Shown here piece by piece: positions 11,400 to 22,001 of a stretch of DNA of 56,364 nucleotides. The DNA comes from Aestuariivirga sp. Its GTDB lineage: Bacteria > Pseudomonadota > Alphaproteobacteria > Rhizobiales > Aestuariivirgaceae. Below the pieces are notes generated by a model that saw nothing but the letters and a program-made list of their open reading frames with translations, was not told the origin of the DNA and ran no database searches. Each line of letters begins with the position of its first letter. The stretch's first letter is position 1. The stretch is from assembly GCA_043757105.1 (NCBI GenBank), contig JAYVPZ010000350.1, positions 1 to 56,364 on the forward strand, given 5' to 3'. Both the position numbers and the translations under genes were made by a program.

Positions 11400-13265
11400 C
11401 TAAGCGGCGTCACGCGATTTTGGACGTTTGATGTGGCCGAGCAGGCAAGCCAGGGCCGCAGGTGTCATACCATCAATTCGTTCGGCCTGACCTAGCGTCT
11501 CAGGCCTTATGCGTGAAAGTTTTTGACGCAGCTCAATTGAAAGGCTGGGTAGGGCGAAGTAATCTAGCTCTACCGGGATACGGTATTCTTCTTCACGCCG
11601 CAGGTTTTCAATTTCGTGGTTTTGCCGATCTAAATAACCTGAGTATAGCGCGTCAGCCTCTAAGACCTCTTTAGCAAAATGTGGGAGGGCCGCAAACTCC
11701 GGCCAAATGCGTTCCACCTCGGCAACACCAACATCTGGCATAGAGATGAAATCGATAGCTGATCTGCTCTTGCCATCTTGATTGACCTTGAGACCAAGTT
11801 TGGCCGCAGCAGATGATGTGAGCGTCAGCTTGTGGGCAAGCTCGCGCGCTTGGTTTAAGATATCCAATTTATTGGCATAAGCCGCAGTGCGTGCGGAACC
11901 TACTATACCAAGCTCAACTCCCATCTGGGTTAATCGTTTATCGGCATTATCAGCCCGCAAAGTGAGGCGGTATTCGGCGCGAGATGTAAACATGCGGTAA
12001 GGTTCAGAGACACCCTTAAGGACCAAATCATCAATCATGACCCCAAGATAGCCATCTGCACGACCAAACGCTGCCGGAGCTTGTTGGCCCACTGAGCGAG
12101 CCGCATTTAGACCCGCAATTAATCCTTGGGCCGCTGCTTCTTCATAACCAGTAGTGCCATTAATCTGGCCAGCCAGATACAAGCCCGGAAGTTTCTTGAG
12201 TTCCAACGTGTGTTTCAATTCACGCGGATCAACATAGTCATATTCAATTGCATAACCCGGACGAATAATCCGAACGTGTTCCAAACCCGGCATCGAATGG
12301 ATGAAGGCTTGCTGCACATCTTCAGGCAGCGACGTTGAGATGCCGTTGGGATAGACCGTATCATCATCAAGGCCCTCAGGTTCGAGAAACACCTGATGGG
12401 CGTTTTTTTCTTTAAAACGGTGGATCTTGTCTTCGATAGATGGACAATAACGTGGGCCCGTGCCGCTGATCTGACCTGAGTAAAGTGGCGACCGTGAAAT
12501 ATTGTCTGCGATAATCTGATGTGTAGCTTGCGTTGTCGTTGTCATGAAACATGAGATTTGAGGTGTTGTAATTTTCTCAGTCAAAAATGAGAACGGGACG
12601 GGTGGTTCATCGCCTTTCTGCTCTTCGAGGATTTTCCAGTTGATCGTCTTGCCATCAAGCCGCGCTGGGGTTCCTGTTTTTAGACGACCAAGGGTTAGCC
12701 CAGCACTTTTCATTTGTTCGGATAGCCCGCGAGCTGGGGCCTCACCAACACGACCAGCGGGGATTTGTTTTTCACCAATATGAATAAGACCGTTGAGGAA
12801 TGTGCCAGTCGTCAGCACAACCGCACCTGCCCTGAACTTGCGGCTATCTTCTGTGGTCACGCCGACCACGCAGTTCTCCACAATGACCAAACCAAAAACA
12901 GCACCTTCCACGATGTTCAAGTTTAACTGTTCAGCCAAAGCTCTTTGCATGGCCTCGCGGTAAAGTTTGCGGTCCGCTTGTGCACGAGGGCCGCGAACCG
13001 CCGGGCCCTTTGATCTGTTCAGCAACCGAAACTGAATTCCCGCCGCATCGGCCACTGTGCCCATCAATCCATCAAGCGCATCAATCTCACGAACAAGATG
13101 GCCTTTTCCCAATCCACCAATTGCGGGGTTGCAAGACATCTCGCCAATCGTCAATTGCTTATGAGTCAGCAGTAAAGTGCGTGCGCCAAATCGCGCCGAT
13201 GCTGCCGCTGCTTCGCAACCTGCATGACCACCACCGACCACAATGACATCAAAAGAAAAATTCAT
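11400..13265 (-). CDS. mnmG: tRNA uridine-5-carboxymethylaminomethyl modification enzyme MnmG (GidA)
   Basis: [46 protein letters not shown]. Confidence 0.98.
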   Translation of the reverse strand: MNFSFDVIVVGGGHAGCEAAAASARFGARTLLLTHKQLTIGEMSCNPAIGGLGKGHLVREIDALDGLMGTVADAAGIQFRLLNRSKGPAVRGPRAQADRKLYREAMQRALAEQLNLNIVEGAVFGLVIVENCVVGVTTEDSRKFRAGAVVLTTGTFLNGLIHIGEKQIPAGRVGEAPARGLSEQMKSAGLTLGRLKTGTPARLDGKTINWKILEEQKGDEPPVPFSFLTEKITTPQISCFMTTTTQATHQIIADNISRSPLYSGQISGTGPRYCPSIEDKIHRFKEKNAHQVFLEPEGLDDDTVYPNGISTSLPEDVQQAFIHSMPGLEHVRIIRPGYAIEYDYVDPRELKHTLELKKLPGLYLAGQINGTTGYEEAAAQGLIAGLNAARSVGQQAPAAFGRADGYLGVMIDDLVLKGVSEPYRMFTSRAEYRLTLRADNADKRLTQMGVELGIVGSARTAAYANKLDILNQARELAHKLTLTSSAAAKLGLKVNQDGKSRSAIDFISMPDVGVAEVERIWPEFAALPHFAKEVLEADALYSGYLDRQNHEIENLRREEEYRIPVELDYFALPSLSIELRQKLSRIRPETLGQAERIDGMTPAALACLLGHIKRPKSRDAA

Positions 13266-13334
13266 ACTTTGTTAACTCATTATTCAATTCCGGAGTCTAA
13301 TAGTCCGTCCACGGAGCAAGGTCAAAGCCTGATA

Positions 13335-13350
13335 AGTTTCACGTGAAACA
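13335..13350. promoter_or_regulatory. parS centromere site (mnmE-mnmG intergenic)
   Basis: AGTTTCACGTGAAACA containing the perfect 14-bp palindrome GTTTCACGTGAAAC. Confidence 0.92.
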
Positions 13351-14679
13351 TCACTTGCCGATACAAAATTCCAAAAAGATTTTACCTAGCAAATCTTCAA
13401 CATCAACACGCCCTGTGATTGAACTCATGATCCGACAAGCATCACGTAGCTCCTCTGCCATCACTTCCAACGGTAGATTATCCCTTTGAAGAATATCGTT
13501 GAGTTTCCGAATCGTTTTTTCAACGGCGCGTAAATGTCGATCGCGCACCACTACAGCGTCTTGCGACAGTGCTGAATGTTCAATAACAAGTTTCGCAAGA
13601 GCTGTTTTCAATTGACTAAGTCCAGCTCCAACTTTCAATGAAATATCGATCTGCTTTTCATTTCGTAAGCGAATCGAATCTTTTGCAAACAGATCCGACT
13701 TGTTCATAACAATTAAGTCTGGAACACGTGTTGGCCCTACTTCATTTTTAATGTCAGGCGCAGATACCCAAACAAGAATATCCGCATCTCGCGTTTCGGT
13801 TGTCGCACGCAGCATTCCAATTTTCTCAATTTCGTCGCTGCTCTCCAGCCGCAATCCAGCAGTATCGGCCAAAACCAAACGAATACCCTCAAACGAAATC
13901 ACGGCTTCAATAACATCGCGCGTCGTTCCAGCTTGAGGAGAAACAATCGCAGCGTCCCGTCCCGCCAACCAGTTAAGCAAAGTTGATTTCCCAACGTTTG
14001 GGGCGCCCGCAATGACCAAGCGCAAGCCATCGCGCACAGAACCAGCGCACGCCGATTGCGCAACAGCGTCTTCCAGGTCCGATTTCAACTTTTCTAAGAT
14101 TGGCAATATTTGAAAGGTAGCTGAATCAACCACATCTTGCTCTTCAACAAAATCAATCGCGGCATCAGCAAACGCCAGAGCGTTCAATAACTGGCCACGC
14201 CAAGCCTCATAAACGGAGCTCGCTTCACCTAAAAACTGCCGCATTGCCAATCGTCGTTGAGATTCAGTTTCGGCCCCAAGTAAATCGGCCAGCCCCTCGA
14301 CTTCCACAAGATCGAGAATGCCATTCTCAAAAGCCCGTCTTGTAAATTCACCAGGTTCGGCAGGCACGACATTTTCTATGAGGTTCAATTCAGTAAAAAG
14401 CTTTGCAACAACCGCAGTGCTTCCATGAATATGAAACTCCGCAAGATCCTCTCCAGTGGCCGTCTTTGGTCCCGGAAACCATAATACTAAAGCTTCATCA
14501 ACAACGCTCTGATCGACCGAAGATCGTAACACGCGAAGTGATGCCGCTCGAGGATTTGGCAATACTCCAACCAAGCGAATAATCGCAAGTGACGCCAAAG
14601 TTCCTGAAACACGTATGACGGCGATACCGGCCCTACCTGACCCAGAAGAAAGAGCATAAATGGTACTTCTTGAATTCAT
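13351..14679 (-). CDS. mnmE: tRNA modification GTPase MnmE (TrmE)
   Basis: GAPNVGKST, GTTRD, DTAGLR, NKSD and C-terminal FCIGK. Confidence 0.97.
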   Translation of the reverse strand: MNSRSTIYALSSGSGRAGIAVIRVSGTLASLAIIRLVGVLPNPRAASLRVLRSSVDQSVVDEALVLWFPGPKTATGEDLAEFHIHGSTAVVAKLFTELNLIENVVPAEPGEFTRRAFENGILDLVEVEGLADLLGAETESQRRLAMRQFLGEASSVYEAWRGQLLNALAFADAAIDFVEEQDVVDSATFQILPILEKLKSDLEDAVAQSACAGSVRDGLRLVIAGAPNVGKSTLLNWLAGRDAAIVSPQAGTTRDVIEAVISFEGIRLVLADTAGLRLESSDEIEKIGMLRATTETRDADILVWVSAPDIKNEVGPTRVPDLIVMNKSDLFAKDSIRLRNEKQIDISLKVGAGLSQLKTALAKLVIEHSALSQDAVVVRDRHLRAVEKTIRKLNDILQRDNLPLEVMAEELRDACRIMSSITGRVDVEDLLGKIFLEFCIGK

Positions 14680-14723
14680 TTCGGATTCGAATCGATACTA
14701 ACTTCGATCCTGGATGAACATAT

Positions 14724-16007
14724 TTAAGCGTTCATCGAGTCGAAGAAATCACTGTTGCCTTTGGTCTGGCGAAGCTTATCCAGAAGGAACTCAATCGAGT
14801 CTACCGTGCCCATAGGGTTTAAAATCCGACGCAACACATAAGTCTTCTTCAGAACCTCAGCCTTCACCAACAATTCTTCCTTACGCGTGCCCGAGCGAAG
14901 AATATCAATCGATGGGAACACGCGCTTATCGGCCACTTTCCGGTCTAGGATAATTTCAGAGTTACCCGTACCTTTGAATTCTTCGAAAATCACTTCGTCC
15001 ATGCGGCTGCCTGTGTCGATCAAGGCTGTCGCAATAATCGTGAGTGAACCGCCCTGTTCAATATTTCGAGCCGCGCCAAAGAATCGTTTAGGGCGCTGCA
15101 ACGCGTTGGCGTCCACACCGCCCGTCAAAACCTTGCCCGACGACGGCACGACTGTGTTGTAAGCTCGGCCCAAGCGTGTAATCGAATCCAGTAGAATGAC
15201 TACATCACGGCCATGCTCAACTAAACGCTTAGCCTTCTCAATCACCATCTCCGCCACCTGTACGTGGCGCGTTGCGGGTTCGTCAAAAGTCGAGCTGATA
15301 ACTTCGCCCTTAACCGACCGTTGCATATCGGTCACTTCTTCAGGGCGCTCGTCAATCAACAATACAATCAAATAACATTCTGGATGATTAGTCGTAATCG
15401 AGTGCGCAATATTCTGCAGTAAAACAGTTTTACCCGTGCGCGGCGGAGCCACAATCAAACCGCGCTGACCCTTGCCTATAGGTGCCACGATATCAATTAC
15501 CCGCGCAGAAAAATCCTTCCTTGTCGGATCATTGATTTCCATTTCCAAACGTTGGTCAGGATAGAGCGGGGTCAAATTATCAAAATTGATTTTGTGTTTG
15601 GCTTTGTCTGGATCTTCGAAATTAACCGTGCTGGCTTTCACCAAAGCAAAGTAACGCTCACCATCTTTGGGACCACGAATTGGCCCTTCAACAGTATCGC
15701 CCGTGCGCAAAGCAAATTTGCGGATTTGACTGGGGCTGATGTAAATATCGTTTGGCCCTGCCAAATAATTTGCGTCTGCCGAGCGCAAAAAACCAAAGCC
15801 ATCTTGCAAAACTTCAATAACACCCTCGCCGATAATCTCGACATTACGAGCCGCAAGATTTTTCAGGATCGCAAACATGAGCTCCTGTTTTCGCAACGCC
15901 GAAGCCGTCTCAACCTCAAGCTCCTCTGCGAGACTCAAAAGTTCAGCAGCTGTTTTACGTTTTAGTTCGGAGAGCTTAATCTCCTTGAGATCGATCAGAT
16001 CAGTCAT
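14724..16007 (-). CDS. rho: Transcription termination factor Rho
   Basis: [35 protein letters not shown]; start set at ATG 16007. Confidence 0.98.
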   Translation of the reverse strand: MTDLIDLKEIKLSELKRKTAAELLSLAEELEVETASALRKQELMFAILKNLAARNVEIIGEGVIEVLQDGFGFLRSADANYLAGPNDIYISPSQIRKFALRTGDTVEGPIRGPKDGERYFALVKASTVNFEDPDKAKHKINFDNLTPLYPDQRLEMEINDPTRKDFSARVIDIVAPIGKGQRGLIVAPPRTGKTVLLQNIAHSITTNHPECYLIVLLIDERPEEVTDMQRSVKGEVISSTFDEPATRHVQVAEMVIEKAKRLVEHGRDVVILLDSITRLGRAYNTVVPSSGKVLTGGVDANALQRPKRFFGAARNIEQGGSLTIIATALIDTGSRMDEVIFEEFKGTGNSEIILDRKVADKRVFPSIDILRSGTRKEELLVKAEVLKKTYVLRRILNPMGTVDSIEFLLDKLRQTKGNSDFFDSMNA

Positions 16008-16121
16008 ATGTCCAAGCTTTGAAGTAAGGTGGTCAAAAGTGCACCACGTGAGCGGGAGCCTGGCCAAAACCAAGCTTGCAAAGGATCAAGTAGCAGAAAA
16101 CAAACGGAGATGAAAGCAGTT

Positions 16122-16553
16122 TTAAAAAGTCGGTTTCAAAATTACCCAAAGGACAATCCAAATCAAAATCACCGTCGGAACTTCATTCAATATTCGAAAA
16201 AATCTTTCGCTCCTCCCTCGCACACCAAGGGCAAACATTCCAGCATGACGTTCTAAACTAAAATGATAAAAAACCAAAGCCGCCACACCCAACAGTTTTG
16301 CAAGTAACCAATGATCCGCCCATGAAAAGCCCGACATTGTAACCAATGCCGATCCAGCCAAAATCGTCACAACACCAGCCGGACGCATAATAACTCTCAA
16401 CAAACGACCTTCCATATGCTTGAACAACGCATCTGAATCGGAACCCACAATCTGACGCGTATGATAAACAAAAAGCCGAGGTAAATAAAATAATCCGGCC
16501 ATCCACGCCACCATTGCGATTATATGCAGGGCCTTAATCCAGAGCACCATCAA
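16122..16553 (-). CDS. hemJ: Protoporphyrinogen IX oxidase HemJ (CopD-like)
   Basis: WIKALHII..V.WMAGLFYLPRLFVYH, RILNEVPT, VILKP motifs. Confidence 0.92.
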   Translation of the reverse strand: MMVLWIKALHIIAMVAWMAGLFYLPRLFVYHTRQIVGSDSDALFKHMEGRLLRVIMRPAGVVTILAGSALVTMSGFSWADHWLLAKLLGVAALVFYHFSLERHAGMFALGVRGRSERFFRILNEVPTVILIWIVLWVILKPTF

Positions 16554-17584
16554 GCTAAACTTGCATCAAACGAGCGAACTTCGGCAACCGCTTTCTCCAC
16601 CATCAACGGATCGGTTTGAGGAACAACTCCGTGGCCTAGGTTGAAAATATGCCTAGCCTTCGGAACACCCGTTAAGACAGCCCGAACGGCTTCTGCCAAA
16701 GACTCCTGAGAACCCAGTAACGCTGTCGGAGATAAATTGCCCTGCACTGCTACCGACGATTCTAGATTTGACAACACTTCAGTCAAGCCAATATTTTCCT
16801 CAACACCTACAGCATTCGCGTCACTCGCAGCGGCGATAACACCGTGTTGGTTTCCAACGCCTCGCGTAAAGACGATAATTGGAAAATGAGGATATTCCTC
16901 TCGGACACCATCAACAATTTTACGAATAGGTCCACACACCACTCGTTCCAACAAACGGGGGGCGAGGTCACCGGCCCAACTGTCAAAAATTTGCAAGGTT
17001 TCAGCACCTGCTTTAATTTGACCAATCAAATATCCAATCGACGTCTCAGTTACTTTAGACATCAATAGTTGGAACCATTCAGGGTTTTCATCAGCAACAG
17101 CCAATGCGCGTTTACGGTCAGAACTACCACCTTCAATCATATAACTGGCCACAGTCCAAGGCGCACCACAAAACCCAATGAGAGTCGTTTGGGGTGCTAG
17201 ATTTTGGCGAACCAAACCAACCGTTTCCCATACCTTCGCAAACTGCCAAGCATCAGGATCCACGACCAATCTGTCAACTTCGCTCATGTTATGGACAGTT
17301 TGAAGTATCGGGCCTTCACCTTCTTTAAAATCCAAGGATAAACCCATAGCGTGTGGAACAACCAGGATGTCAGAAAACAATATAGCTGCATCAATATCAA
17401 ATCGACGAAGTGGTTGTAAAGTGACCTCACAAGCCATTTCTGGATTATAGCAGAGCTTTAAAAACGAGCCTGCGGTCTGTCTCAATTTACGGTACTCAGG
17501 AAGATAACGACCCGCTTGTCTCATCAACCAAATTGGACGTCTTGACGGATCTTGGCGATATAGAACACTGAGGAGAGGTTTCAA
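16550..17584 (-). CDS. hemE: Uroporphyrinogen decarboxylase
   Basis: PIWLMRQAGRYLPEY, FSDIL, LIGFCGAPWT, HIFNLGHG. Confidence 0.97.
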   Translation of the reverse strand: MKPLLSVLYRQDPSRRPIWLMRQAGRYLPEYRKLRQTAGSFLKLCYNPEMACEVTLQPLRRFDIDAAILFSDILVVPHAMGLSLDFKEGEGPILQTVHNMSEVDRLVVDPDAWQFAKVWETVGLVRQNLAPQTTLIGFCGAPWTVASYMIEGGSSDRKRALAVADENPEWFQLLMSKVTETSIGYLIGQIKAGAETLQIFDSWAGDLAPRLLERVVCGPIRKIVDGVREEYPHFPIIVFTRGVGNQHGVIAAASDANAVGVEENIGLTEVLSNLESSVAVQGNLSPTALLGSQESLAEAVRAVLTGVPKARHIFNLGHGVVPQTDPLMVEKAVAEVRSFDASLA

Positions 17585-17670
17585 AAATTTTTACCACTTA
17601 ACAAAAAGGAAGGATTCTTAAATTGAGGATTCTGTTGGACTGTGAACAATGAGTATTATCAAATTACCGC

Positions 17671-17683
17671 AATCAAACTCTTA
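17671..17683 (+). promoter_or_regulatory. IHF consensus site in oriC
   Basis: AATCAA-ACTC-TTA matches WATCAANNNNTTR exactly. Confidence 0.6.
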
Positions 17684-17696
17684 ACAAACTGTTAAC
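17681..17696 (+). promoter_or_regulatory. CtrA binding box in oriC
   Basis: TTAA-CAAACTG-TTAAC equals TTAA-N7-TTAAC. Confidence 0.75.
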
Positions 17697-17913
17697 ATCT
17701 TTGTACAATCAACTGAAACAAAAAAATAAATATATAAATACAATGACTTATAGTTCTAGTCACAGGGATATACAAAATACCAAGTTTTGCAAAAAATCAA
17801 ACTCATCATTCCCAATTGTTCACAAACGCACCAATGACAAACCTTATAGACCTCTAAAATAAAATCCAGCCCAACTTGTTAACAATCTGTGAACAGCTTA
17901 AACGCCATTAGAA

Positions 17914-18498
17914 ATGTTCATTCTCGCCTCATCTAGTTTAACCCGCAAAGCCCTGCTCGAAAAAGCGGGATTGACGTTTTTGACTATGAAGCCAGATGTT
18001 GACGAAAGCACGCTTCACCAAAAATACAAAAATCTATCCGCTAAAGAATTTGCGTTAAAACTCGCTTCTGAAAAATCTTTTTCAATTTCAGCCAAAAATC
18101 CAAACCAATTGGTTGTTGGTGCCGATCAAATATTGTATTGCAACCAAACAATCCTCCACAAACCTTCAAGCATAGATGAAGCACGCGGCATGCTGCAAAA
18201 ATTACGCGGCCGAGAACACCAATTAACGACTGCAATTTCATGCCAGCTCAATGGCGAGCAAATTTGGAATTATCAGGATGAAGCCAAATTGACCTTGAGG
18301 GAGTACTCCGACTCATTTTTAGAGAGTTACTTGTCATTAAACTCAATCTCGACGCTTTCATCAGCAGGAGCCTATCAACTCGAAAGCCACGGCATTCAAC
18401 TGTTTGATAAAATAGAGGGTGACTACTTTACAATTCTGGGCTTTCCGCTCGTTGAATTTCTCAAATTTCTTAGAAACAGAGGAATTCTCGAAACATGA
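17914..18498 (+). CDS. maf: Maf-family nucleotide pyrophosphatase
   Basis: ILASSS..RK.LL, DVDE, GADQ, GAYQLE, GDYFTILGFP. Confidence 0.93.
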   Translation: MFILASSSLTRKALLEKAGLTFLTMKPDVDESTLHQKYKNLSAKEFALKLASEKSFSISAKNPNQLVVGADQILYCNQTILHKPSSIDEARGMLQKLRGREHQLTTAISCQLNGEQIWNYQDEAKLTLREYSDSFLESYLSLNSISTLSSAGAYQLESHGIQLFDKIEGDYFTILGFPLVEFLKFLRNRGILET

Positions 18499-19334
18499 AA
18501 AAAGCCTGCGTTGTCGGTTGGCCCATCCATCATTCCCGCTCCCCGATTATTCATAACTATTGGATCAAAACCCACAAGATTGATGCAATTTATGAACGGC
18601 GCGCGGTCGAACCGAAAGACTTGCGCGCGTTTATAGGAAACCTCGCTTCAGAAGGTTATGTAGGCTGCAACGTAACGATCCCACATAAGGAATCAGCGCT
18701 AGCCTGCGTGGAAACATATGATGAAAAAGTAGCAAAAACTGGATCGCTGAATACGATATTTTTTGACCGAGGTAAAATTTCAGCAACCACTACAGATGGC
18801 GACGGCTTTCTGAACAACATAAATAATTCCGATCCAACCTTCCGCGTCAAAGATAAGAGGGTATTGATGATTGGCGCTGGTGGTTCAGCTAAATCCATCT
18901 GTGAAAAGCTGCTGCAAGAAAATGTTAAATCAATTTTTGTTCTCAACCGAACTGAATCTCGAATCCTAGATCTCCAAAACATATTCGGCGAAAAGATCAA
19001 AGCGTTATCTCAACACGACTTACACGGCCAACTTACAAAATCTGACATGCTGATCAACACAACATCTCAGGGGATGGTAGGTCAGCCAGCGCTTGATATT
19101 GACTTGAGCTTTCTTCCAAAACACGCACTTGTCGCAGACATTGTCTATGTTCCGTTAAAAACAAATTTAATACTGCAAGCAGAATCCTTGGGGCTCGTCG
19201 CTGTTCCGGGGCTTGGCATGCTTTTGCATCAAGCTGTTGGGGGATTTAACCGATGGTTTGGTGTTCGGCCAAAGGTGACGCAAGCGTTATATGACTTGAT
19301 TGCCGATGACATTAAAACGGAACAGGCAAAATGA
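18495..19334 (+). CDS. aroE: Shikimate dehydrogenase
   Basis: HSRSPIIHN, GCNVTIPHKE, GAGGSA, DIVYVPL.T, GLGMLLHQA. Confidence 0.96.
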   Translation: MKKACVVGWPIHHSRSPIIHNYWIKTHKIDAIYERRAVEPKDLRAFIGNLASEGYVGCNVTIPHKESALACVETYDEKVAKTGSLNTIFFDRGKISATTTDGDGFLNNINNSDPTFRVKDKRVLMIGAGGSAKSICEKLLQENVKSIFVLNRTESRILDLQNIFGEKIKALSQHDLHGQLTKSDMLINTTSQGMVGQPALDIDLSFLPKHALVADIVYVPLKTNLILQAESLGLVAVPGLGMLLHQAVGGFNRWFGVRPKVTQALYDLIADDIKTEQAK

Positions 19335-19918
19335 AAGTGGTAGGCCTGACAGGGGGAATTGCAACTGGCAAGTCTGAGGTCACTAAAATCTTGCGGAAAA
19401 TGGGGATTTCAGTTTTTGACGCGGATGCCGCAGTTCACGAACTTTATCAAAACGGTATTGCAGCATCAAATTTAAAACGGATTTGTCCTGAAGCCGTAAT
19501 GGGTCATGAAGTCGATCGACAAAGACTTGCTGCATTGATCGTCAAACAGCCCGATCTACTGCGCAAAATCGAAGAAATTATTCATCCATTGGTCAGAAAT
19601 GCAGAACATCGTTTCATTTCTAAAGCAAAAGCATCGCAGAAAACAATAGTCGTCATTGATTCACCTTTGCTAATAGAAACTGGACATTACAAAGATATGG
19701 ATGTGAATGTTCTGGTGACAACTGACAAACACAATCAAATTGCGCGGGCAATGGACAGACCAAATATGACGAAAGAAAAAATTGAACTGCTACTTGCTAA
19801 ACAAATGCCAACCGACGAAAAACAAAAATTGGTTGATTTGGTTATCGAAAACAATGCAACAATTCAAGAGCTTGAAGTTCAGGTTCGAGTTCACTTTCAA
19901 AAATTAATGGACACCTGA
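19331..19918 (+). CDS. coaE: Dephospho-CoA kinase
   Basis: GLTGGIATGKS, DAD, IHPLV, PLLIE. Confidence 0.95.
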   Translation: MKVVGLTGGIATGKSEVTKILRKMGISVFDADAAVHELYQNGIAASNLKRICPEAVMGHEVDRQRLAALIVKQPDLLRKIEEIIHPLVRNAEHRFISKAKASQKTIVVIDSPLLIETGHYKDMDVNVLVTTDKHNQIARAMDRPNMTKEKIELLLAKQMPTDEKQKLVDLVIENNATIQELEVQVRVHFQKLMDT

Positions 19919-19923
19919 TTCAA

Positions 19924-20616
19924 ATGCGCGAAATTATCCTTGATACAGAGACCACGGGTCTTTCCCCAGCTGACGGGCACCGTGTAGTCGAAATAGGTGC
20001 AATTGAACTACTCAATCACCTACCCACTGGCAAGACACTCCAGCTCTATCTCAACCCCGAACGCGATATGCCAAAGGAGGCCGAAGCAGTGCATGGTCTT
20101 TCAAGCGAGTTCTTAAAAGACAAACCAAAGTTCAAAGAAAAAGCGGGTGAATTTCTAGCATTCATCGAAGAATCGACTCTGATTATTCACAATGCCAGTT
20201 TCGATATGGGGTTCATCAACGCTGAGCTTAACGGCGTTGGCTTAGCATCAATCGGAAATGACCGTGTTATCGACACATTGCAAATGGCAAAACGCCGCCA
20301 CCCCATGGGGCCAAACAGTCTCGATGCGCTTTGCCGACGATACGGCATCGATAATATAAAGCGAACCAAACACGGTGCCTTGATGGATGCTGAACTCTTA
20401 GCTGAAGTTTATCTTGAGTTAATTGGCGGCAGACAAACCGCTATGAGTTTGCAAACTCAGATTAAACCAAAGGCATTCATCGCCATACCGAATGCCTCAA
20501 CCAGACGAACTAGGCCTCAGCCACTAGCCAGCCGCTTAAACGTTGACGAGCAAGTGCTGCATGATCAACTTATCATTGATTTAGGCAAAGATGTTCTTTG
20601 GAATAACTTAAATTAG
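19924..20616 (+). CDS. dnaQ: DNA polymerase III subunit epsilon
   Basis: MREIILDTETTG, HNASFD, HGALMDAELLAEVY (DEDDh). Confidence 0.97.
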   Translation: MREIILDTETTGLSPADGHRVVEIGAIELLNHLPTGKTLQLYLNPERDMPKEAEAVHGLSSEFLKDKPKFKEKAGEFLAFIEESTLIIHNASFDMGFINAELNGVGLASIGNDRVIDTLQMAKRRHPMGPNSLDALCRRYGIDNIKRTKHGALMDAELLAEVYLELIGGRQTAMSLQTQIKPKAFIAIPNASTRRTRPQPLASRLNVDEQVLHDQLIIDLGKDVLWNNLN

Positions 20617-21194
20617 GCTTGGCCCGCAGCCTGTTGCTGCTGCAACCGCCTTTGATACATCACTGTGAAATCAATTGGATCCAACATCAAAGGTGGGAAG
20701 CCACCATTACGTGTCGCATCAGCCAAAATTTGCCGCGCGAAGGGGAACAACATACGCGGGCATTCAATCAATACGGCCGGGTGCAAAAGATTGGCTGGAA
20801 AATTTTCAAGTCTAAACATGCCTGCATAAAGAAGATCAGCGGCAAAAATAACTTTACCATCAGCGGTAGCCTTCGCATCCAAATGAAGTTCAACTTCAAA
20901 GTCAGAAGGCCCAAGATTGCGAGCATTCACATTCACAGAAATATTAATGTCTGGCTGCTGTTGCTGTGGTGCCAAAGAAAGTGGTGCGTTCGGATTTTCA
21001 AAACTTAAATCCTTTAGATATTGACCTAAAATTTTGAGCGACGGCTGTTGGCCAGGCGTCGGCTCAGGCGCGGTTAGGGTAGCTGTGGAGGCTTGTGGTT
21101 GAACCTTTGGGGCTTTGGCGGCTGTTGCCGTTTTATTTGAAGTCGCAGTTTTTGCCGGTGCTTTGCGCGGAGCCGTTTTAAGAGTTTTTGCCAT
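20613..21194 (-). CDS. secB: Protein-export chaperone SecB with Lys/Ala/Thr-rich N-terminal extension
   Basis: QYLKDLSFENPNAP, ECPRMLFPFARQI, GGFPPLMLDPIDF; start set at ATG 21194 (GAGG upstream). Confidence 0.95.
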   Translation of the reverse strand: MAKTLKTAPRKAPAKTATSNKTATAAKAPKVQPQASTATLTAPEPTPGQQPSLKILGQYLKDLSFENPNAPLSLAPQQQQPDINISVNVNARNLGPSDFEVELHLDAKATADGKVIFAADLLYAGMFRLENFPANLLHPAVLIECPRMLFPFARQILADATRNGGFPPLMLDPIDFTVMYQRRLQQQQAAGQA

Positions 21195-21351
21195 CTTTGC
21201 CTCTGATTTGAGCTTCTGATTAGAAAATTTAGTGTGACACTTCGCTAACATGAAGAAGGTTGAGCCGCAAGTGTAAGCGCCGCATTGGCAGACACCGTAC
21301 TTTTCAGATATACTGGGCAAGTAAAACAAATTTAGGTAAGAATACTAAAAC

Positions 21352-21999
21352 ATGGAAATTCTTTTTGATCCTATCAATCTATTGCTTCTCGTAGCAGCAA
21401 TCACAATCTTGGTGTGGCTGAAGTCTGTTTTAGGCCAAAGAACTGGGTTTGAACGATCAGATAAACAAATAGAAATTTTAGACCCAAAACCTAAACCCCA
21501 AATTCAGCAAAAACAAACTGCAAAAGTTATTGAGGTTGATTGGCATAAAGATATTGAGCTTTCAGCTTCAACCAACCTCGACGAGCTGAAAAAAATACAA
21601 CCTGATTTTGACGTTCTACATTTTCTGACGGGTGCAAAAGCTGCCCATGAGATGATCTTGGTCGCCTTTGCCCAAGGCGACAAAAAATCACTCAAACCAC
21701 TTCTCAATCAGTCGGTGTTTGATTCATTTCAAAATGCAATCGATGAAAATAAAAAAACAGGTGCATCAATACCATTTAAATTTGTGGGTGTAAAAACAGC
21801 CAAGATCACGATGATTTCAGTTGATAAAACAACGGCATCTATTGGCGTAAATTATGAGAGTGAAATTGTGTCTGGAGAAGAAAAAGCTGTCTCCAGTCAG
21901 ATAGAGAATTGGGTATTTGAAAAGGAACTAAATTCAAAAGACCCGAATTGGAAGTTGGCATCAACTGATGACTCAGCGATAGCCCCAAGTGAAAAATAA
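21352..21999 (+). CDS. Tim44/TimA-like adaptor protein
   Basis: N-terminal TM, LKSVLGQRTG, FL.GAK.A.EMI..AFA.GD, W.F...DPNWKL. Confidence 0.88.
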   Translation: MEILFDPINLLLLVAAITILVWLKSVLGQRTGFERSDKQIEILDPKPKPQIQQKQTAKVIEVDWHKDIELSASTNLDELKKIQPDFDVLHFLTGAKAAHEMILVAFAQGDKKSLKPLLNQSVFDSFQNAIDENKKTGASIPFKFVGVKTAKITMISVDKTTASIGVNYESEIVSGEEKAVSSQIENWVFEKELNSKDPNWKLASTDDSAIAPSEK

Positions 22000-22001
22000 T
22001 A

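Larger units (their letters stand above)
17585..17913. other. Candidate chromosomal replication origin (oriC)
   Basis: AT-rich 329-bp gap between divergent hemE and maf, the usual alphaproteobacterial oriC position; DnaA-box-like TTGTTCACA (17641-49 reverse, 17816-24), TTGTTAACA (17876-84), CTGTTCACA (17888-96 reverse); GANTC at 17613 and 17628; parS sites within about 6.3 kb. Confidence 0.8.
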
